Origin: Escherichia phage FP43
Sequence record: MN648445
Length of the DNA: 64,000 bases
Reading direction: 5' to 3' (one strand)
Below the pieces are notes generated by a model. It ran no database searches. It was not told where the DNA came from and was given only the letters and a program-made list of their open reading frames with translations. How positions within the stretch are numbered: the first letter of the stretch is position 1; each line of letters opens with the position of its first letter. Both the position numbers and the translations under genes were made by a program. Positions 20,577-28,819 of this stretch are shown one piece after another.

Positions 20577-20870
20577 GTTTTAGGTGATTCGCTACCTTAG
20601 TGCGGCTAGAAAATCGAGGAGCCGTCGAACTGTCTGATTAATGATTTGCGAATCATTATAGTTTTAAGACCCCGGCAGTTTTACGGTGTACCTCTTGAAT
20701 GTATTTTATACTATCACGCGTCAGAAAAAGGTTATCTGTCTAAGTCGTGGTTGGTATGATGACGGGTTTATGGTTATCCTGTCGTTAAATATCCAAAACC
20801 TATGTTCCCCTTGAGGGCTTGCGCAGGCAATGTCAATAAGTCCTGCATTTTCATTTAAAGAGAATTTATA

Positions 20871-21050
20871 ATGGCAAAACAAGCTAAAGCAAAGAAAGCA
20901 GTTGAAAAGAAAGTTGATGGTACCTCTAAACGCGCTGGATACAAGCGTGGGTCGAACTCTCGTATTAATCAAACAGTTGAGAAGATCATGCGCAGAGCAC
21001 GTGCAGTTCTTCGAGATGATGCTTCTCGTTTTGGAAAGGTTGTTGCATAA
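20871..21050 (+). CDS. Small lysine-rich basic protein (59 aa), unannotated in the ORF track
   Basis: ATG 20871 to TAA 21048-21050; MAKQAKAKKAVEKKVDGTSKRAGYKRGSNSRINQTVEKIMRRARAVLRDDASRFGKVVA; followed at 6 nt by a strong terminator. Confidence 0.45.
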   Translation: MAKQAKAKKAVEKKVDGTSKRAGYKRGSNSRINQTVEKIMRRARAVLRDDASRFGKVVA

Positions 21051-21055
21051 TTTTA

Positions 21056-21077
21056 GGGAGACTTCGGTCTCCCTTTT
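21056..21077 (+). terminator. Rho-independent terminator
   Basis: GGGAGAC-TTCG-GTCTCCC followed by TTTT; identical stem-loop to the gene 32 terminator. Confidence 0.75.
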
Positions 21078-21109
21078 GTGCGTTTAGGGCAGAAAAAGTT
21101 TAAAAAGAT

Positions 21110-21138
21110 GTTTACTCTCCTGTAGGATGTGTTACTAT
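21110..21138 (+). promoter_or_regulatory. Early promoter
   Basis: GTTTAC 21110-21115, 17-nt spacer, TGTGTTACTAT ending 21138. Confidence 0.6.
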
Positions 21139-21180
21139 AGACTTGTACCATCTAATCAATAAAACAACCTGGAGAACAAA

Positions 21181-21549
21181 ATGAAAATCAATCTGAACTC
21201 ATACATCAAATGTAAAGACCACGACGGTTATAAAGCTATCGAAATTAAAGAATTCCAGTGGATGTTATACAAAGAGCAATTTGAGATCGTAAGTTGTATG
21301 ACCCCTGAAGGTCCTTCAAATGATTTCTCTTGGAAAATTGTGTTAGCAAACTTTTTCACAGGTGACACATACGAATTAAAAACTATTATTACAGGTAAAA
21401 TTCGCTCAGAAACATATGTTGACGAAGAAACTGGTTACTCTGAAGATGTCACATGGTATCAAAATGGACGCATTACAGCAGATAACCTGATCGAAAAAAT
21501 GAAAGCCAAAGGTGTTTTAAATTTAGACAATTGGATTAAAGTTGCATAA
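21181..21549 (+). CDS. Hypothetical protein
   Basis: 122-aa ORF with own promoter and RBS GGAG. Confidence 0.5.
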   Translation: MKINLNSYIKCKDHDGYKAIEIKEFQWMLYKEQFEIVSCMTPEGPSNDFSWKIVLANFFTGDTYELKTIITGKIRSETYVDEETGYSEDVTWYQNGRITADNLIEKMKAKGVLNLDNWIKVA

Positions 21550-21553
21550 AACA

Positions 21554-21593
21554 GTTTACTTTGGTACAGGTTATGTTATTATAGACCTGTACC
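21554..21593 (+). promoter_or_regulatory. Early promoter with -10 embedded in the loop of a perfect 8-bp inverted repeat
   Basis: GTTTAC 21554-21559; GGTACAGG (21563-21570) / CCTGTACC (21586-21593) flanking TTATGTTATTATAGA containing TATTAT. Confidence 0.6.
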
Positions 21594-21623
21594 AACAAAC
21601 AACTTAAACATCTGGAGAATAAA

Positions 21624-21989
21624 ATGAACTACATCAACTTCGAACGCAAATATGTTTCTAACGGTATCGCTGGTTCTTCTGAAGTTATTTGCTTATGGAA
21701 ACATAAAAATGGTTCAGTATGTGAAATTGAGCAGTATATGACTCCTAATTACGTTTATATGCGATTTGAAAATGGCATCACGGTTTCAATCACGATGGAA
21801 GGTTCCAACTTCAAAATTGCATTAGATGACGATTTCCGTCAGCGTGATTTAGGTACTCATCCTTGCTGGAATGGTGATAATCGTAAACTTCTGGTTAAAA
21901 CTTGGATTCGTCATATCCTGAGTAACCGAGCTAAACCTGAACATCTCGAAGCAATCTTTGATGTAGTTCTTAATGAATTCGATATCTAA
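21624..21989 (+). CDS. Hypothetical protein
   Basis: 121-aa ORF with RBS GGAG. Confidence 0.5.
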   Translation: MNYINFERKYVSNGIAGSSEVICLWKHKNGSVCEIEQYMTPNYVYMRFENGITVSITMEGSNFKIALDDDFRQRDLGTHPCWNGDNRKLLVKTWIRHILSNRAKPEHLEAIFDVVLNEFDI

Positions 21990-21997
21990 TTTAACTG

Positions 21998-22011
21998 GGA
22001 GCTTCGGCTCC
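21998..22011 (+). other. GC-rich UUCG-loop hairpin without U-tract
   Basis: GGAGC-TTCG-GCTCC between ORF 21624 stop and ORF 22025 RBS. Confidence 0.35.
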
Positions 22012-22024
22012 TACTGAGGAAATT

Positions 22025-22639
22025 ATGTTTAAAGTTAATACTTTTTATAAAATGAATTTTAAAAATGGGGATATTACTCCACGCCTTAAAAACATGTTCT
22101 CATATGACCTTATCGAGCCTTTTGAAGTTTTAGAAGTTACTGATGCCGGCTCAGTTTGTGAAATTAGAACTTCTGAAGGTAAAATTTATCAGGCAGGTGT
22201 CGGTAAATTCAGTAATTGTTTTACTTTAATATTCTCGACTGATTTAGATGAGCATTTTATTGAATGTCCTAACCCTAAGGTCTATGAAGTTCCACATCAA
22301 GAAATTAAGAAAAATGGACCGCACGAATATACGAAGGTTGAAACTCCTCACGGCGTGATGTGGCGTCATAACTCTCCTTTTGGAAGTAAAGGAACATTTG
22401 CTCAACTGGCTAAGCCCTACGACGATGAAAAATATGTAGTAGTCCTTTTATCTGAACAGGGTACTCAAGACCGTGGATGTCAACGAAGTGGTTTACTAAG
22501 TGAACTCGAAGCTCATAACCGAGCACGTGAATTCGTTGAGAAAAATCCTGGTTCTGAAGCTCTAGTCATGAAAGCAATTACTCAATATATCACTGCTCAA
22601 CCTGTTGTTCATCCGGTAGAAATTAATTTCATTAAGTAG
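22025..22639 (+). CDS. Hypothetical protein
   Basis: 204-aa ORF, RBS GAGGAAA. Confidence 0.5.
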   Translation: MFKVNTFYKMNFKNGDITPRLKNMFSYDLIEPFEVLEVTDAGSVCEIRTSEGKIYQAGVGKFSNCFTLIFSTDLDEHFIECPNPKVYEVPHQEIKKNGPHEYTKVETPHGVMWRHNSPFGSKGTFAQLAKPYDDEKYVVVLLSEQGTQDRGCQRSGLLSELEAHNRAREFVEKNPGSEALVMKAITQYITAQPVVHPVEINFIK

Positions 22640-22669
22640 TTTACATCCAAGGACGGATTAGAGTATAAT
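22639..22669 (+). promoter_or_regulatory. Early promoter
   Basis: GTTTAC 22639-22644 overlapping upstream stop codon, 19-nt spacer, TATAAT 22664-22669. Confidence 0.5.
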
Positions 22670-22695
22670 GATTTCTTTACTAAGTGGAAAAAAAT

Positions 22696-22893
22696 ATGAA
22701 ATTTTTAATAGCACAAACAGTCCAATTAAAAGGTGTTGGAATTCCTGGGGTGATTTTTAAAGTTCTCCCTGAATTTAAAACCAGCGCTGGAATTATCAAT
22801 GAAGCGTATGCTGTTCAATGGGTTGATTGGACTTCTGACATACGTATGGGTAAAGAGTTATCTCCTATTAAAGGGTTGAAACATGTTGAATAA
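22696..22893 (+). CDS. Hypothetical protein
   Basis: 65 aa from ATG 22696 (track starts at GTG 22684). Confidence 0.4.
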   Translation: MKFLIAQTVQLKGVGIPGVIFKVLPEFKTSAGIINEAYAVQWVDWTSDIRMGKELSPIKGLKHVE

Positions 22894-23095
22894 ATTAATC
22901 CAGAAATTGTTAGGTACAGAAATGGTTGAAGTTACGTATCGTGTGACTGATGTAAGCCCATGGACCCGAAAAGTTGAACCATATACTAAAACAATTAAAA
23001 TGCTGAAATATGACAGTGGATTATCTATCAAAGACCGTCTACCGGCTTATGGTCATTGGGCTGATGTTGAAATTATAAGTGTTAAAGATGTCTGA
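22883..23095 (+). CDS. Hypothetical protein
   Basis: 70-aa ORF overlapping neighbours at both ends. Confidence 0.4.
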   Translation: MLNKLIQKLLGTEMVEVTYRVTDVSPWTRKVEPYTKTIKMLKYDSGLSIKDRLPAYGHWADVEIISVKDV

Positions 23096-23546
23096 GTTAG
23101 AGATAAGAAGCAATTTCAAGTGGCCGTCATGTGCATTAAGTAACTTTGCTCAATGGCCTTTTGTTATGGATGGTATTCAATTCGGAGGTCTTGAAGGATT
23201 TCTCCAAGGATGTAAGGTGAAAAATGTTGAACAACAAAGACGTATATTTGGGTTGTCTGGATTGGCCGCACAGCAAGCTGGAAGGTCTTATGCAAGAGCT
23301 CAGGACCGTGGGACTCTCTTCTGGTTAGGAGTTCCATTTTCAAGATACTCCGAAGCGTGGAAAGAATTATACACAAATGCATATTTTGAAGCCGCGATCC
23401 AAAACAAGGGGTTTCGTGATGCCTTACAAGCCTCTAAAGGAAAAATTTTGAAGCACAGCATGGCCAGCCACCTAACAAAAGATGATACAATACTAACTGA
23501 AGATGAATTTATTGACGTGTTAAACCTATTAAGAGACTCTTTATGA
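23088..23546 (+). CDS. NADAR-domain (YbiA-like, DUF1768) protein; putative ADP-ribose-linked N-glycosidase / de-ADP-ribosylating hydrolase
   Basis: Motif LSNFAQWPFVMDGIQFGGLEGFLQGCKV parallels the YbiA-family signature FSNFAAWP..DG...SEHYFQAQKF as recalled; ATG 23088 overlaps upstream stop (alternative GTG start 23079); ATGA overlap with the downstream HAD ORF. Confidence 0.65.
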   Translation: MSELEIRSNFKWPSCALSNFAQWPFVMDGIQFGGLEGFLQGCKVKNVEQQRRIFGLSGLAAQQAGRSYARAQDRGTLFWLGVPFSRYSEAWKELYTNAYFEAAIQNKGFRDALQASKGKILKHSMASHLTKDDTILTEDEFIDVLNLLRDSL

Positions 23547-24358
23547 AGCCTACTATTTTGACTGATATTGATGGTGTATGTTTAAGTTGGCAATCTGGAC
23601 TTCCTTATTTTGCCCAAAAATATAATCTTCCATTAGAACATATTTTAAAAATGATTCAGGACGAAAAATTTATTTCTCCTGGTAAACTGTTCAATACCGA
23701 TGATAACCTCGGTAAACAATTAATAGAAAAATATAATCGCTCTGATTTTATTCGTTACTTAGCGCCTTATTCGGATGCTCTTCGAGTTATCAATAAACTA
23801 AAAGAAGACTATAATTTTGTAGCCGTGACGGCGCTAGGTGATTCAATTGATGCTCGATTGAATAGACAATTTAATTTGAATGCTTTGTTCCCAGGCGCTT
23901 TTTCTGAAGTAATGATGTGTGGTCATGATTCGTCAAAGGAACAATTATTCGAACTAGCTAAAACAAAATATAACGTGATTTGTTACGTTGACGATTTAGC
24001 TCATCACTGTGACCATGCGGCAGAAATTCTTAATGTACCGATTTATTGGTTGGCCCGTGGTGAACGTGATGATATTCCTCGCACTGCACAACGTGTACAC
24101 ACGTGGGATGATATTGAATCTCGTTTGGTTCCACCCGAGCATAATTCAGATTCAGATCGTGAAGACCTTTTAAAACGATTGGCGGATTTGCTTAAAGAAT
24201 CAGGTGCAACAAGCCCAGGTGCATGGCCTAATCAAATTGGCGCTCCGTCGAATCCGTATACTTGGCGAACTCCAGGACCAACCGATATGCAGCCATGGTG
24301 GACGATTCAAAACTTTCCTTTAGATTCGTCCAAATGGACTTGGTCTATAAATTGTTAA
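23543..24358 (+). CDS. HAD-superfamily phosphatase-like protein with Trp/Pro-rich C-terminal tail
   Basis: 271-aa ORF; N-terminal motif ILTDIDGV (HAD motif I, DxDG) and later YVDDL; C-terminal ~60 aa rich in W and P (PGAWPNQIGAPSNPYTWRTPGPTDMQPWWTIQNFP). Confidence 0.55.
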   Translation: MKPTILTDIDGVCLSWQSGLPYFAQKYNLPLEHILKMIQDEKFISPGKLFNTDDNLGKQLIEKYNRSDFIRYLAPYSDALRVINKLKEDYNFVAVTALGDSIDARLNRQFNLNALFPGAFSEVMMCGHDSSKEQLFELAKTKYNVICYVDDLAHHCDHAAEILNVPIYWLARGERDDIPRTAQRVHTWDDIESRLVPPEHNSDSDREDLLKRLADLLKESGATSPGAWPNQIGAPSNPYTWRTPGPTDMQPWWTIQNFPLDSSKWTWSINC

Positions 24359-24367
24359 GGGCTAATT

Positions 24368-24637
24368 ATGTTTGTAGTTCATGATATTACAGATGGCAAA
24401 AACACCACACGTGACTACGGTCATGTTAACATGTTCTTTCGAGACTGGCCGGTGTTTCGTTCAGTAAAAGACGCAGAAATATTTAAAGAGTGTGTTGAAC
24501 AAGGGTTCATCTACATTTCAGAATATTATGTTGAAGGACTCGGTAAATGGATTACCACTTATCAGAAAACGCTGAAATCGCTTCTAGATGAAGTGGCTTA
24601 TAATAGAACCGTAACCAAAATCGAGGACATCAAATGA
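24368..24637 (+). CDS. Hypothetical protein
   Basis: 89-aa ORF; ATGA overlap with DNA ligase start. Confidence 0.45.
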   Translation: MFVVHDITDGKNTTRDYGHVNMFFRDWPVFRSVKDAEIFKECVEQGFIYISEYYVEGLGKWITTYQKTLKSLLDEVAYNRTVTKIEDIK

Positions 24638-26127
24638 TTTTAGATATTTTAAACCAAATAGCTGCGATCGGTTCTACTAAAACAAAACAAGAAATCCTTA
24701 AGAAAAATAAGGACAACAAATTACTTGAACGTGTGTATCGTTTAACATATGCACGTGGTATCCAGTATTATATTAAGAAATGGCCAGGACCAGGTGAAAG
24801 GTCTCAAGCGTATGGTCTTCTTGAATTAGATGACATGTTGGATTTTATTGAGTTCACATTAGCCACTCGTAAACTCACTGGTAATGCTGCAATTAAAGAG
24901 CTCATGGGTTATATCGCTGACGGTAAACCTGATGATGTAGAAGTCCTTCGTCGTGTAATGATGCGAGACCTTGAAGTAGGTGCTTCAGTGTCTATCGCGA
25001 ATAAGGTGTGGCCTGGACTTATTCAATTGCAGCCACAGATGTTAGCATCTGCATATGATGAGAAATTGATTACTAAAAATATTAAATGGCCTGCATTTGC
25101 CCAATTAAAGGCAGATGGTGCTCGTTGTTTCGCTGAAGTTCGCGATGATGGCGTTCAATTCTTTTCTCGTGCCGGTAACGAATACCATGGTCTTACTCTA
25201 TTAGCAGATGAACTAATGGAAATGACTAAAGAAGCTCGTGAAAGACACCCTAATGGGGTTTTAATCGACGGTGAATTAGTTTATCATTCATTTGATATTA
25301 AAAAGGCTGTGAGCTCAGGAAATGACCTGTCGTTCTTATTTGGCGATAATGAAGAATCCGAAGAAGTACAAGTTGCAGACCGTAGCACTTCAAATGGTTT
25401 AGCAAATAAATCTCTTCAAGGGACTATTTCTCCTAAAGAAGCGGAAGGTATGGTTCTTCAAGCCTGGGACTATGTTCCTTTAGATGAAGTCTACTCTGAT
25501 GGCAAAATTAAAGGTCAGAAATACGATGTTCGTTTTGCTGCTCTTGAAAATATGGCTGAAGGCTTTAAGCGAATTGAGCCAATTGAAAATCAGTTAGTTC
25601 GTAATCTTGACGAAGCTAAAGTGGTTTATAAAAAATATGTTGACCAAGGTCTTGAAGGTATTATCCTTAAAAACCGTGATTCATATTGGGAAAACAAACG
25701 CTCTAAGAACCTAATTAAATTTAAAGAAGTTATTGATATCGCTTTAGAAGTTGTAGGATACTACGAACACTCTAAAGACCCTAACAAATTAGGTGGTGTC
25801 GAACTCGTATCACGTTGTCGTCGTATTACAACCGATTGTGGTTCAGGGTTTAAAGATACAACTCATAAAACAGTTGATGGTGTAAAGGTTCTTATTCCTT
25901 TAGATGAGCGTCATGATTTAGACCGTGAACGATTAATGGCTGAAGCTCGTGAAGGTAAATTGATTGGACGTATTGCTGATTGCGAATGTAATGGTTGGGT
26001 TCATTCTAAAGGACGTGAAGGCACTGTAGGTATTTTCCTTCCAATTATTAAAGGGTTCCGTTTTGATAAAACAGAAGCGGATTCATTTGAAGACGTATTT
26101 GGACCGTGGTCCCAGACAGGTTTATAA
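24634..26127 (+). CDS. 30: ATP-dependent DNA ligase
   Basis: 497-aa ORF MILDILNQIAAIGSTKTKQEILKKNKDNKLLERVYRLTY; adenylation lysine motif KADGAR; matches T4 ligase by recall. Confidence 0.95.
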   Translation: MILDILNQIAAIGSTKTKQEILKKNKDNKLLERVYRLTYARGIQYYIKKWPGPGERSQAYGLLELDDMLDFIEFTLATRKLTGNAAIKELMGYIADGKPDDVEVLRRVMMRDLEVGASVSIANKVWPGLIQLQPQMLASAYDEKLITKNIKWPAFAQLKADGARCFAEVRDDGVQFFSRAGNEYHGLTLLADELMEMTKEARERHPNGVLIDGELVYHSFDIKKAVSSGNDLSFLFGDNEESEEVQVADRSTSNGLANKSLQGTISPKEAEGMVLQAWDYVPLDEVYSDGKIKGQKYDVRFAALENMAEGFKRIEPIENQLVRNLDEAKVVYKKYVDQGLEGIILKNRDSYWENKRSKNLIKFKEVIDIALEVVGYYEHSKDPNKLGGVELVSRCRRITTDCGSGFKDTTHKTVDGVKVLIPLDERHDLDRERLMAEAREGKLIGRIADCECNGWVHSKGREGTVGIFLPIIKGFRFDKTEADSFEDVFGPWSQTGL

Positions 26128-26315
26128 TGAAAGCTTATTTAGAAACAGTTATTGTAGCTAAGAAGGATGGTGGAGATGTTTCCACCTCTTGCTCTCAGAT
26201 TATATTAGATTTTCCTAATAACGATTCCTATCATATTTTTATGGACAATTTCGATAAGTACGAAAAAGGCTCTAATTTTGAAGTTTATCGTACTTTGCTT
26301 CCGATTGTGGATTAA
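26127..26315 (+). CDS. Hypothetical protein
   Basis: 62 aa from ATG 26127 (TAATG overlap with ligase stop). Confidence 0.4.
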   Translation: MKAYLETVIVAKKDGGDVSTSCSQIILDFPNNDSYHIFMDNFDKYEKGSNFEVYRTLLPIVD

Positions 26316-26334
26316 GAGCCTTCGGGCTCTTTTT
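26315..26334 (+). terminator. Rho-independent terminator
   Basis: AGAGCC-TTCG-GGCTCT followed by TTTT. Confidence 0.7.
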
Positions 26335-26370
26335 GGCATAAATATAAATTATTACTAAAAGGAAAACACT

Positions 26371-28458
26371 ATGTCTGAACAATTAAATGAAGTGTTTGAA
26401 TCTGAAGGCAGTCTTCCTGTCGTCAATTTGAACCCTAAAGCTAAAGTTCCACAAGTCTGGAAAATTGGTGATATCGATACAAATATTGTAGTTCGTTTAT
26501 TCTCTTACCTTTCCGAAGGCGACGCTGTAAAACAAGTTAAACTTGGCGACAAATACGCTCATGTTGTTATTATGAGTCTGTCTGAAAAGGGTAATCTCGC
26601 TGAATTGAAAAATGGCCTTGGTCCTGCTCCTATTGATGCAATCAACACCATTTTCAATACAGTGTATGAACAGGTTAAAGCTCTTCGTATGGATGCAGTT
26701 CTGTTCCGATTCCCTACCAAGAAATTGAAAGGACGTGGACAACAACTTCAAACTCTTCTTGCTCGTCTAGTTTCTACTAAAACCGGTGGTCGTTTTAAAG
26801 TATTGTCTGCAATGTATCAATTCACAGGTAAACACACCTATGTGATGATGGTTCGTAAAAATGCCAACATTGAAGATATTAAAGGCATCCCTAACATTAA
26901 CACAGAGTTGTACACGAAAGTAGATTCTGATGTTGGCGAAGTTTATGTGAGTAAAAAGACTGGTGAAAAGGTCACCAAAGAAACGGCTATCGCTGGTTCT
27001 ATTGCTGCTGTAGAAGAAAAACGTAAAGATAAGCCTGTTATTGCTCGTACTAAAATTTCTCGTCGTGCTATTGCAGCAAGTCAATCTTTAGAAGCTGACC
27101 GACAAGAAGGTGAGTTATTCCAGAAATACGAAAATTCTGCTAAAGAAGTTAGTGGCCCGGCTACAGCTGAATTACTTCCTGAAGCATATGAAATTGTACT
27201 AGCCCAAGCATCGTCCACAGCAAAAGGCACTTTAGTTGCTGATATCGAAAATAAGATTTATAATCGTATTGATGAATCCTTTAAATTTGCCGATGAAGTT
27301 TCTTATGGTAGTGTTATTAAGCCGACTTTAGAAAAGTTTGCTAAGAAAATTAAAACTGAAAAAACAACATCTGTTAAAGCATTATCTGCTTTTGTTGAAG
27401 CTGCAAATGAAATTGCAGACTCTATTAAAGACGAATGGTTTGAAGATTTTAGACGTGATAATTTCCAACTGCCTGACGACGTTTTAGCTGAAGTATCTGA
27501 AAGAACTTGGAAACAACGTAAATCAGCGTTCTTGTCTAATGTGATGTATACTTATGCCCGAGAATCGGCTAGAGGCACCTTTAATATAACAATGAATCGG
27601 GACCCTAAACAATACTCTGTTGCTGAAAAACGAGCTATTCGTGAATATGCCTCTTCTGCGTATACCGATATCAATAATATGTTGTTAGGTCGTTATAAAC
27701 CGGATTTTTATGATGTTGCGGATGAAGATGAAGTTAAACGCGCTATTGATGGTCTTGATTCGGCGTTTTTAAATGGAGACCGTTTACCTGAAGGACTAAC
27801 GTTATATAGAGCTCAGTCTATCAGAATGCCTATTTACGAAGCAATGGTTAAAAATAAGGTATTCTACTTCAGAAACTATGTTTCCACTTCACTAGCTCCT
27901 ATTATTTTCGGTGGGTTTAAAGAGAACGTTGCCCTTGGACTTGCTCCTGAAGAAGTTCGCAAAGAGCTTAACATTGACAATAATGACGAAGGTGTTACTA
28001 TTTCTCCTAGTCAAGTAAGAACAGCTATGCATGCACCAGAACAAATCCGTGTTAACGTTGGATGGGCTATTGATGGCGCCCATAAAGTTAACGTGATTTA
28101 TCCAGGACAGTTGAGTAATCACCCTAATGAGCAAGAAATTATTTTGCCTAGAGGCATTCTCTTGCAGATAAATAAAATTACAGATGCGTCATCTGATACT
28201 GGTGCAGGTTTAGAATCCAACCTTAAATTTATTCAAGCTGAAGTTATGTCCTCAGACCAGTTGGATGAAGCCGTCATTTATGATGGTGATGTTCTCATGG
28301 AAACAGGCGAGGTGGTTGCTATGACGGGTGAAATCGAATCAGATGAGCCGGTATCGTTCTCCTCATTTGTAGAAAAAACTAGTGCACCTAAAGGTTTGAA
28401 ATTGTTAGCATCTTTAATGGATTTAGAATCAGTTCCGTTTAAATTTGTCCAAGGATAG
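26371..28458 (+). CDS. alt: ADP-ribosyltransferase Alt
   Basis: 695-aa ORF; C-terminal region with ART-like segment (GLTLYRAQS, VFYFRNYVSTSL); C-terminus MPYKFVQG-like ending (SVPFKFVQG); synteny next to gene 30. Confidence 0.85.
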   Translation: MSEQLNEVFESEGSLPVVNLNPKAKVPQVWKIGDIDTNIVVRLFSYLSEGDAVKQVKLGDKYAHVVIMSLSEKGNLAELKNGLGPAPIDAINTIFNTVYEQVKALRMDAVLFRFPTKKLKGRGQQLQTLLARLVSTKTGGRFKVLSAMYQFTGKHTYVMMVRKNANIEDIKGIPNINTELYTKVDSDVGEVYVSKKTGEKVTKETAIAGSIAAVEEKRKDKPVIARTKISRRAIAASQSLEADRQEGELFQKYENSAKEVSGPATAELLPEAYEIVLAQASSTAKGTLVADIENKIYNRIDESFKFADEVSYGSVIKPTLEKFAKKIKTEKTTSVKALSAFVEAANEIADSIKDEWFEDFRRDNFQLPDDVLAEVSERTWKQRKSAFLSNVMYTYARESARGTFNITMNRDPKQYSVAEKRAIREYASSAYTDINNMLLGRYKPDFYDVADEDEVKRAIDGLDSAFLNGDRLPEGLTLYRAQSIRMPIYEAMVKNKVFYFRNYVSTSLAPIIFGGFKENVALGLAPEEVRKELNIDNNDEGVTISPSQVRTAMHAPEQIRVNVGWAIDGAHKVNVIYPGQLSNHPNEQEIILPRGILLQINKITDASSDTGAGLESNLKFIQAEVMSSDQLDEAVIYDGDVLMETGEVVAMTGEIESDEPVSFSSFVEKTSAPKGLKLLASLMDLESVPFKFVQG

Positions 28459-28487
28459 TTTACAAACACATGGATGTGTGATACTAT
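28458..28487 (+). promoter_or_regulatory. Early promoter
   Basis: GTTTAC 28458-28463 overlapping alt stop, 18-nt spacer, TGTGATACTAT; leader CAACAACATGAGGAAA. Confidence 0.6.
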
Positions 28488-28516
28488 CATCCCATCAACA
28501 ACATGAGGAAAACGTT

Positions 28517-28810
28517 ATGAAATCTATGCTTCGCTTTAATGGTCAAGAACTAGTAGTTGAAGATGCTATCCCAGCGGATGATGTTTTTAACGAAGCTGTG
28601 ATTGACGAATTGAATCGAGTATTCCCGGGTGCATTCCATATTGCTATGGAACCTCTTAAAAACTTTCGTGACCCTGAGCACACTGATCAAATTTTTATCG
28701 GTGTACTGACAGGTCATTTAGAAACAGAGGTACCAATGGTCGTATTAGTTAAATACTCTAAAGATGATACTCCATTCCGAGCACCAGCATTTCTTTCATT
28801 CCGTAAATAA
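28517..28810 (+). CDS. Hypothetical protein
   Basis: 97 aa from ATG 28517; track ORF starts at upstream in-frame ATG 28445 that overlaps alt. Confidence 0.45.
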   Translation: MKSMLRFNGQELVVEDAIPADDVFNEAVIDELNRVFPGAFHIAMEPLKNFRDPEHTDQIFIGVLTGHLETEVPMVVLVKYSKDDTPFRAPAFLSFRK

Positions 28811-28819
28811 ACCCCTAAA

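Noticed and set aside
20721-20972. 83-aa minus-strand ORF overlapping the rIII-downstream gap
   Set aside because: Overlaps the plus-strand 59-aa basic ORF, which has a downstream terminator in the correct orientation; the minus-strand translation is hydrophobic, low-complexity and lacks an RBS.
26337-26350. Late-promoter-like CATAAATATAAATT upstream of alt
   Set aside because: Only 7 of 8 matches to TATAAATA in either register; the late promoter consensus is strict, so not reported as a feature although Alt is a late protein in T4.
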